Assembly (NCBI GenBank): GCA_030141605.1 | Contig: JAQGDQ010001753.1 | Span: forward strand, 1-26,697 | Direction: 5' to 3' | Length of the DNA stretch: 26,697 bases | Origin: Tubiluchus corallicola | Taxonomy: Eukaryota; Animalia; Priapulida | Shown here: one piece after another, positions 1 to 8,900 of the stretch | Layout: each line of letters opens with the position of its first letter | Numbering within the stretch: the first letter of the stretch is position 1 | Made by a program: the position numbers and the translations under genes | Notes under the pieces: generated by a model | What the model was told of the DNA's origin: nothing | What the model saw: only the letters and a program-made list of their open reading frames with translations | The model's database searches: none

Positions 1-950
1 CCTAGGAAATGCTTTATAGTATATGGCAACGAGACTGACGATGCAAGGCAAACTTTTACTCAGTTGAAAGGCCTAGGAAATGCTCTATAGGATATGGCAA
101 TGAGACTGAAGATGCAAGGTAAACTTTTACTCAGTTGAAAGGCCTAGGAAATGCTCTATAGGATATGGCAATGAGACTGAAGATGCAAGGCAAACTTTTA
201 CTCAGTTAGAAAGGCCTAGGAAATGCTCTATAGGATATGGCAATGAGACTGACGATGCAAGGCAAACTTTTACTCGGTTCGAAAGGCCTAGGAAATGCTC
301 TATAGGATATGGCAATGAGAATGCTGATGCAAGGCAAACTTTTACTCAGTTTGAAAGGCCTAGGAAGTGCTCTATACCATATGGCAATGAGACTGACGAT
401 GCAAGTCAAACTTTTACTCAGTTGAAAGGCCTAGGAAATGCTCTATAGTATATGCCAATGAGACTGACGATGCAAGTCAAACTTTCACTCAGTTGAAAGG
501 CCTAGGAAATGCTCTATAGTATATGGCAATGAGACTAACGATGCAAGGTAAACTTTCACTCAGTGTGAAAGGCCTAGGAAATGCTCCATAGTATATGGCA
601 ATGAGACTGACGATGCAAGGCAAACTTTTACTCAGTTCGAAAGGCCTAGGAAATGCTCTATAGGATATGGCAATGAGAATGCTGATGCAAGGCAAACTTT
701 TACTCAGTTTGAAAGGCCTAGGAAGTGCTCTATACCATATGGCAATGAGACTGACGATGCAAGTCAAACTTTTACTCAGTTGAAAGGCCTAGGAAATGCT
801 CTATAGTATATGCCAATGAGACTGACGATGCAAGTCAAACTTTCACTCAGTTGAAAGGCCTAGGAAATGCTCTATAGTATATGGCAATGAGACTAACGAT
901 GCAAGGTAAACTTTCACTCAGTGTGAAAGGCCTAGGAAATGCTCCATAGG
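1..950. repeat. Tandem satellite, 71/72-bp unit, 13 full copies plus 1 partial (runs off the window start)
   Basis: CCTAGG recurs at 1,72,143,215,287,359,430,501,573,645,717,788,859,931; consensus CCTAGGAAATGCTCTATAGKATATGGCAATGAGACTGACGATGCAAGGCAAACTTTTACTCAGTT(N)GAAAGG. Confidence 0.98.
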
Positions 951-1676
951 CAATGCGGCTCGGTGTACTTCGTTCAGTTACGTGACATTGCTCGTAGATA
1001 ATACGCTTCGTCCAGTTAGTTAAACAAAGCCCATTGTAGAGCAAATTTTTTACTCTATTGAATATTTTTTTCAGTAATTTCTATAACAAGAGGTTATTGA
1101 ACAAAGTGAACAGAATACCAGCGAAGTGACGCTCGCTCAGTTGTGCTGTTCTGTTGTCTGCCTGGTGAATATTAGCTATGCAGTATCATACACGTCGACA
1201 AACCGATCATTAACATCTAATTTGCACATATGTATGCATCATAATAAATTCAGACTGTTGTAAAATACAATGCACAAAATATGGCTTGATTTTATTATAG
1301 TAATTGCGCCGGCGAGGGGCAATATTTATCGCATTAAATTTTAGCAGCAATCATCGTGGCGGGTGAGGTGGAGACCGTTGAAACCGCCATTCTATTGTTT
1401 TTTGAGCAAATAAGTTATTTATGGCTTAGAGAAAATATTTTAATATTAATTTCAATTGCAAACAAAATAATTGGGGACATATAAATTTCGCGTTCTCAAA
1501 ATTTATGACTATCCATTTTCATAATGATATTAGTACTAATATGGTTGCAATCATAATGACAGATTAAATTGCTTCGTGACCGCAACGACATATCGTCAAA
1601 CTTGTGTCTAACTGTCATAGAAATGTACGCGTGTCGCAAGTTCTGTAAAAGTAACTAGGCAAAGTTGATCGTCGTA

Positions 1677-1727
1677 GAACTTATTAAAACATGTAATAGA
1701 TATGAACTTTTTAAAACATGTAATAGA
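1677..1727. repeat. Short direct duplication (24 bp x2, period 27)
   Basis: GAACTTATTAAAACATGTAATAGA / GAACTTTTTAAAACATGTAATAGA. Confidence 0.8.
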
Positions 1728-1964
1728 AGGCACCACGTATTCGTATGCGTCAAATCATGACCACTATCTAATGACTTTTGAATGACGGAAATTTCGTTTT
1801 AATGCCATTACTTCCTAGCGTTGTTCATATTGAACACAGCAGACATTAGAAAGGTATTAGTAGACGCTAATTGTTTTTTGCAATAATTTTAATACCAGAT
1901 GGCAGCACAATGCAACTTCGTACATGATTGGCTCGAATCTTTAATTACATTAAAAGAAAATGAT

Positions 1965-2195
1965 AAAGCTGAAATCGATACGTTTCAAAAGCGAAGTTAC
2001 AGAAACATTTTGGGTATTAGATGGCCAAACAAAATTTCAAACAAAGATCTTTATGAAAAAAATAAAAGAAGAACCTTGGACAAGAAAAATAAAAAGACGT
2101 CGTTTAAGATGGACTGGGCATATGCTTAGACTACGTGATGATGTTCCAGTGAAGATAGTTCTTCAACAAGCCATAGAACCAGCTAAAAAACCTGC
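1965..2195 (+). mobile_element. Decayed LINE (RTE-like) ORF2 C-terminal fragment
   Basis: IDTFQKRSYRNILGIRWPNKISNKDLYEK, then a frameshift in the A-run near 2055-2062, then IKEEPWTRKIKRRRLRWTGHMLRL; matches the R-ILGI-W...ISN...RRLRW-GH-LR motif downstream of RT in RTE-type LINEs. Confidence 0.85.
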
Positions 2196-3082
2196 AAGTG
2201 TTAACATATTTCGATTTTGCCCAGAAAGATTTAAACACTTCAGCATTGATCCTTAGAAATAAATGTACTTGGGGCATAGCAGCGAGTAGGGAGTCCTGGC
2301 ATAGGGAGGTGAGCAGAATCATGTCCCTGGACGTATGATTCATTGAATGTTGATGTATGGCTCAAATCTTGAAAGCCAGTAGGCATTTCAGCGTTATTCG
2401 TTAGTGCTTCCGTTATGCCACACAAATTTTATGCCTTTTTTCCTGATTTGCTCTATGCCATATTGCTAAGTACCTACCTTGTTCACTTCAAGCGGAGTAT
2501 TTAATGCTGGATTAATAAGTCTTTCTTCAGAACTTCCTGTTATTCTCTTTATTTATTTCCATGTATTACTGTATCAGTGCTTGATGTAATGCTGTGGTGA
2601 ATTGACCGGATGTTGACCTATAAGACCTCACACTGTTACTTCATTTTTTCTTGTTTGCTAAATTATACATATCCTGATTTGAATTTTTTGGCCACTCGAC
2701 ATTTTTCTGTACAGACACGTTTGGATGGCGTCAATTTCATTTTTCCGAGCAATTTTCTCAACAATTTAAACGTACAACAATGTACAGCTTCTATATGAGT
2801 GATGATGGCGGACATTTTCTTTTGCGATTCTTAATTTGGATCACTACTACTAATAATTAAACAGGTGTTGCCACCTACATTTAAAATTATTTATTGTTTA
2901 ACTGATCAATCCAAGTTTAAACCAGGTTGTGGTCTGCTGCTCAGTCAAACGTACCTGCTGGGCTTCCTGTATATGGTAGTGTAGATTGCTAGTGTACGCT
3001 TCTATTGTTCTGTCGTGTGTTCATTCATCTTCGGGTTGTAGATAACATGGATTGTTTGTAAACACATCAAAATGGAATTTGT

Positions 3083-3122
3083 TGCCGACCCGTTTCGAAC
3101 AAAACCGTTCATTATTAAGGCA
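3083..3122 (-). ncRNA. Degenerate minimal type I hammerhead ribozyme (Penelope-like element type)
   Basis: Minus strand reads TGCC-TTAATAA-T-GAAC-GGTTTT-GTTC-GAAAC-GG-GTC-GGCA. Stem I TGCC/GGCA, stem II GAAC/GTTC and GAAAC..GUC are intact; the CUGAUGA box carries three transitions. Confidence 0.65.
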
Positions 3123-3281
3123 TCTAAAACAAAGAAATTTACTAAAATTATTAAAAGTATTGTTATGAACTGTATAACGTTATCAATAGTAATTATCTTT
3201 TCTTTAATAGTTTTTTTTATTGTCGAATACGAGATTTCTTGTGTATTTTGCATCTTGTGTAAGAAAAATTATATTGGGATC

Positions 3282-3419
3282 TACCAAAACGTGAGTGATT
3301 TGGTCAAAATTTACCAAAACGTGATTGCTTTGGTCAAAATTTACCAAAACGTGAGTGATTTGGTCAAAATTTACCAAAACGTGAGTGATTTGGTCAAAAT
3401 TCAGCAAAATGTGAGTGAT
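3282..3419. repeat. 30-bp minisatellite, about 4.6 copies
   Basis: TACCAAAACGTGAGTGATTTGGTCAAAATT units at 3282, 3312, 3342, 3372 and a degenerate one at 3402; internal inverted repeat ACCAAA/TTTGGT. Confidence 0.95.
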
Positions 3420-3967
3420 AGTTTTTTTATAATGCCAAATCGTAATAGACTTGGCTATTCCTACAATTAAACACACTGCGAGCAAGAAAAAATAATAAAG
3501 AAATACATTAAGTAGAGAATTAAAATTCCATTTTCGCCTGGAGAGCGCGTCCCAAACTGAAGAAAAAGATGAAATTCGAGGAGAATAGACTGTCGCGATT
3601 TTGTAAAAGTATGATAATTATTAACTAAACCCACAAGCGTGTGAACATGGCTTTATCCCAAAATAAATAAAGCACATTAACTTGGTATGAAAGGTACTAC
3701 TTTTGGGTTCAAGGTTGACATGTGATTTATCTGAAAATGCTGAAATATCACAACAAACGCAAAGTTCATATCTTTAGAACCAACAGTTGGCCTATTACAA
3801 GCTATTTTATTTAATTTTTTTAAGAGCAGCCTTAAAGAAAGCGTATTTCAAATTTGTTAATATAGCTTTTACGGTTTAAAAAAACCGGAAGTTTGACAGT
3901 CATTGTATAAATAACCGTGATAAGCTTCTAAAGAAATTTTGGTAAAGCCTGGAATATTGACCTTAGT

Positions 3968-4596
3968 GTGAAAAGCCTTAACATTATGCAAGTAAGAACC
4001 TATAGTTATACCAAAGTGGAATTGCACCACCTACTAATAAATGCACCAATTGGTTTCTGCAGAACCAATATTGCAAAACATTTCATTAGCCGTAATGGAC
4101 CTAAAGTTTGGAACTCACTACCACCCAATGTAAAGTATCAGTGTAACATTTACCGCTTTAAAACTTCAGTTAAACGATATCTATTTGCTCTTATATAAAC
4201 TAGTCTTGATAACCAGCTACTGTTCCTGTGTGACACAACAGTCACAACTTTGTGTTCTTTTTGAGTAGGATCAAGTACTTCTTCATCTCATGAGCTGAAT
4301 CTCCACAAGCCACTCTTACTACCCCTTTGAACATTCTTTTATCCATCACTTCTATCCTTACTTTGCACAACTCTTTTTTTAAATTGCCTAAAAACTTTCA
4401 GTTTTTTCTTCTTTTTTTCTCATTATTTGGACGTGTTTATAATGGTGCAAGCACCTAACAAATTTTACTTCTGGTTCTTGCCATTTATTATATGCACGCC
4501 GTCATATAATCATTATTAATAATATATATTTTTTCCCAGTGTTTCTCGATATTGAATTTGTATTTACACTTCCAAATAAATTTATTATTATTATTA
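3968..4596 (+). mobile_element. 5'-truncated CR1/L2-group LINE 3' end
   Basis: CRTNIAKHFISRNGPKVWNSLPPNVK...FKTSVKRYL is the typical ORF2 C-terminus (GP-LWN-LP...FK--LK); followed by a T-rich 3'UTR, AATAAA and a (TTA)n tail at about 4574-4596. Confidence 0.85.
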
Positions 4597-5614
4597 ATTC
4601 AATACAAAATTTTGCGTCACCTGGAGTACGAAAATAATCACAACCAGAACATTTACGTTTCGTATTTTTATCATAATTACTCCGTGATTCTGTCTACTTA
4701 TAATTGTTATCCTTTTTGCAGAAACCTGAAAATTGTTCGTGTATGAAATATAATAAATAAATTCATATTAGTTAAATAATTACTAGTACCAAAATAGTAT
4801 TAAGGACTTAAGCTCAATAACAGCTAGGTTTATAAATCTAATTTAACAACAAAATCGTACAACCTATCCAGCATCCGAGCCCTTTGTATTTTTTTTAGTA
4901 TTCTGTCAAGTATCCTTGTTAGACATCCTGTCAACTTTTCAAATCAAACTCAAGGATTCTGCATTGTCAACGGTTCCACTACAAGCCTGGATCCGGCATG
5001 CAGTCGAAAAAACTACTTAATAAAGGTGGTTGTGGCAGCACAGGAATCTAGCTTATTGTCAAGGATCATCCTCTAAGATGAAATACCAAACTAATAAGGG
5101 TACTTTAACCAGGTTCAGGTGTTTATGTTTTCCTCAATGAGTTAAATAATTATTGAAATCAGCCTTACCAGGCTTGGCATTGTTTAAATTTGATCACAAA
5201 GCTTGTATCGTGACCACTCGGATATTTATCTTACCCTGTATAGTATTTGCTACTCAGTAGGTTACGTAACAAATACGATTAGTGAATATCGTAAGGTATG
5301 ACTATTATATCCACCCATTTTTTAAAAAGTAACTGAGAATCGAAAGAATGTTTTTGAAAACCATATGCATAACATTTTTCCTCCACCTGTCTGATAGCTG
5401 GGTCATCATATCAGTAACCAGAAAGGTAATCGAGCTGGATACCAAGAAATCAACGTGATCTGGTTATAACTAGTATCACGCTTCCATGAAATCAACATGT
5501 ATGAAAGCAGCTTATACTGTGCACTATGCAAAGTGAACTCTGCTCTAGCTCCAGATAAAAACTTTATGTAAATTTGTTAGTCACAGATTCTGAGTTCCAA
5601 TTATTACGAAGCGT

Positions 5615-5823
5615 AGGAAGTGGAGGTTTGACGTCATGACGTCACATTTGGCCTAGATACAACAAATAAATGGGAGCCTAAAAGGCGATCTACTTCAGAA
5701 AGTGGTGTCACTCCAGCAAAAAATCTAAGATATGTGCGCGATAGACTGCATGTACATTTATCTGTAACAGTGAAAATAAATAATATCGACTCGGTATAAA
5801 ATCACACGCACGACAACTCAGTT
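5615..5823 (+). promoter_or_regulatory. Candidate RBM45 promoter: ETS-like site, tandem CRE, TATA, Inr
   Basis: AGGAAGTG 5615-5622; TGACGTCATGACGTCA 5629-5644; TATAAAA 5795-5801; TCAGTT 5818-5823; locally CpG-rich; lies immediately upstream of the putative first exon. TATA-Inr spacing (25 nt) is slightly short. Confidence 0.5.
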
Positions 5824-5886
5824 CTTTAATTACACCTGTGATAAAAATTCGAAGATTGTTGCAAAAAAAGACGACGTAAATCAGGA

Positions 5887-5897
5887 ATGGAACCGCG
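5887..5897 (+). CDS. RBM45: RBM45 putative coding exon 1 (MEPR; coding part of first exon)
   Basis: GGAATGG Kozak context followed by the strong donor CG|GTAAGA. The phase-2 splice to TTAG|GAACATG at 6805 is in frame ([11 protein letters not shown]). Lies just downstream of TATA/Inr-like motifs. Confidence 0.65.
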
Positions 5898-5940
5898 GTA
5901 AGAATTTGATGCAATCGTATTTCTCAAAAAAAAACATGGT

Positions 5941-5987
<47 letters not shown>

Positions 5988-8900
5988 ATGTGCGTGCGTG
6001 TGTGTTATTGTGTGCTGTATTGTGGCCATACATGAATTATGCTGTAGTGTTTATTTCAGAATGACAAGCCTGCAAACAGACCTAACTTGCTTGATTTTAA
6101 TTCTTCTGGCTGCTATGAAGCTTTGGAAAAAACAAAATGAAAATTATGTATACGTAATATGATGTGAAGTGATACTAAATAAATGCTCTATTGCTTTTGT
6201 ATTGTTTTCTTTACATTAATATTTAAGATAATTAAGAATATGCATGGTGTTACATATATTAAAAGGTGCAAATAATTTGTCTGTTTGTAAATTATAAGCC
6301 ACATACATATTAGATATACAGCTGCAGAAGTTAAAGCTGGTTTTGAGACAAAGGTTAGACAAATACTCTGGAAGTGTACAACGTTGAGATTCTATTTCTA
6401 AAATATAAATATTAAGTCTATTACAGTCCATTCCAGTAATAAAACCGTATATATGCTGTGTAGGCCAATGTTTTAAAAAGCCACAGGTTTTCTCATCCAG
6501 TCGTTAGTAATACAAAAAACACTGACTTGGCTCTACGTGCCGGTACTGGACTGTGCTACTACCCCTGCAAATAGAGGGGAAGCAATGTATTTATTGTTTA
6601 ATAAAAAGACTTATAATGTGTTACTAATCTAGCAGATAAGAAGTTCAGCTATAGTACAGAAGTCTCTGAGGTTCAAGTTGCTCGTGTTTGACTGGCTAGA
6701 AATTTATTCAAATATTTGTATTAAGGGAAAACCAGAGAAAATCATTTTTGTAATATTGTAGACTTTAACAATTAAATTAGTTTGCTACTTTGATGTTACC
6801 TTAGGAACATGAGTCGTGATCGCAGAGGTCCTCATGATGAGGACTACCCTCCAAACAGTAGACTTTTTATTGTCTGTTCGAAGCAAAACACTGAAGACGA
6901 GTTTCGTGCAGCATTAGAACCTTATGGCACGATAGAAGACGTTTGGTTAGTGAAGGACAGGACTTCAGGGGAAAATAAAGGTATCTGCTAATTCCTATGA
7001 CGTTTAAAAAAAGGTTTCAGGTCTGATAACCTTTATTACCAGTTAAAATTACTACTGTTTTAAAACAGAATAAAATATGTCAGTTTTCCGCGTGATTATC
7101 ACAACACAGAATTGGCAGGTTAGACAACTTGTAATGAACAATCTTATGAATGCCTTGGAATGCACAGATTAAATTCATTGTTAAACGTAGTTACTTTTTA
7201 TGGAAATGCATGTGTAGACTGTATATTATATAATGTTCAAAGTACTGGTTTGTCTACAGTGTCTACAAAATGCCGCATTAGCTGAAAATTACACAAGGAT
7301 AGTAAATTAGCTTCTAAAAAGATTGACTCGTATGTTTTATCATTTTTCTCACCTCATTTATTCACGTATGAGAGGCCAAAAGCTAGCTTTACAGCATACT
7401 ATTGTGGCAGAACATTTTTCTCATTTCTGCACATTTATGTATATAGTAAATTTCATATCTGTATTTTTCATATGAACTCATCTTACTTTTTAGATTCATA
7501 GTCATTTATTTATTCACAGATCCATGTTATTTTAAGATAATTGTTCAGTGCGATATCGTCAAAAAATTTTCATGGCATTTGGCCAAGTGTACATTACAAA
7601 TGTGTCATCTTTTTTATGACACATTGAATTTTCCAATTTATTCGTTTCATAAACGAGACACTTATATTAACAATATCAAATCATATTAATCATTATTTAA
7701 TATTTATGATGTGTCACTTACCCAGTCTTCAGAGAATATCACTCTTTCAAGTTGTTTGCATAATATGTATAAGTTAGTATAGCACACATTGAAACATAGC
7801 ACGAGTAATTAACTAGTTATAATATAACAGATATTTTGAAAATGCTATCTTGCCTTTGTAAAGATGCCTGATCCGTCGGTATTATTACTTTGCATGGGTT
7901 AGCAACTTAGCTGGATAGTGGAGGCCTAATGTTTAGATTTACATTAGCAAAGCCGATATATATCTTTTATATTTACTCTACTCTCAGGTGTGGCATATGT
8001 CAAATTTTCTAAGGCATCAGAGGCTGCTCTGGCAATGGAAGAATATAATGGAAAGTGCATAGGAACATGCCCAAAACCAGTGAAGGTAAGCCAACAATCA
8101 CCATTTTTTTAAATGGGTTTAGTATAACAGGTAATAAATAGCCACACTTATCTTGAGGTGACAGAAAATTATTCCCTTCATGTATAGGGGAGGAAAAGTC
8201 TGAGCATCGTAACGTGCACTTTTGAGTGAAGAGACTCCATCATAAAATTCATCATGCAACATAGCACTGAATTGTGACTAGAGAATTTATGCAAAAATAG
8301 TTTTAATTTAAGCAGATTTAACCTGCTTAAAACTATTTTCTAAAGCTACCTAAAACTAAATTCAACATTTTTTGATATGAGTAATTTGATCATCTGTAAA
8401 ATCTTGAAATCAACTTTTTATACATTGATGCTTTTGAAATTTTGAATTTAAATTTTTTTGTCAAGTTGTATTTTCCATTGTCAATATGTGTATTCCATTG
8501 CACTGCAGTACTGTATTTGTGTTTTCATTTTTGTTTTGTGAAATTCACGAGAACTTCATGGTTGTATACTGTCGCTTGAACCAAGTTCCAACTGTAAAAT
8601 CATCGCTAGTGATGTTTGCGTGGCACTGTAATTGTTGCTTCATCTAATATGAATTTCCATAAATTAAATGTGTTCTACTACTTAATTTTGACCGCAATAT
8701 GTTTCACAAAGGAGTGTAGAATATGCTTCGTCTGTAGTTGCTTTTTGATTGTGTTGTGTTTGTATGTGCATGGTGCAGATTTAGCAATTTTTCTACTGGA
8801 AATGAGAACAGACAGCTAAAATAATCTGCCTGTTCCCACAAAAAATTGCCTGTCGCCATTGTTTTTAGTGCGTAGGGAATCCTAAAGAAATGTTTAACTT

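Noticed and set aside
1-950. CRISPR array interpretation (also considered for 3282-3419 and 25041-25442)
   Set aside because: Units are contiguous with no unique spacers, there are no cas genes, and the context is eukaryotic.
206-1044. Minus-strand ORFs with 24-aa repeats
   Set aside because: Artefacts of 72-bp satellite units; the frames break at every 71-bp unit.
3002-3485. Overlapping ORFs of 83-132 aa
   Set aside because: AT-rich, driven by the 30-bp repeat and TE remnant; no recognisable domain or splice support.
5826-6029. His-Thr / Val-Cys repeat ORFs
   Set aside because: Translations of the TG microsatellite.
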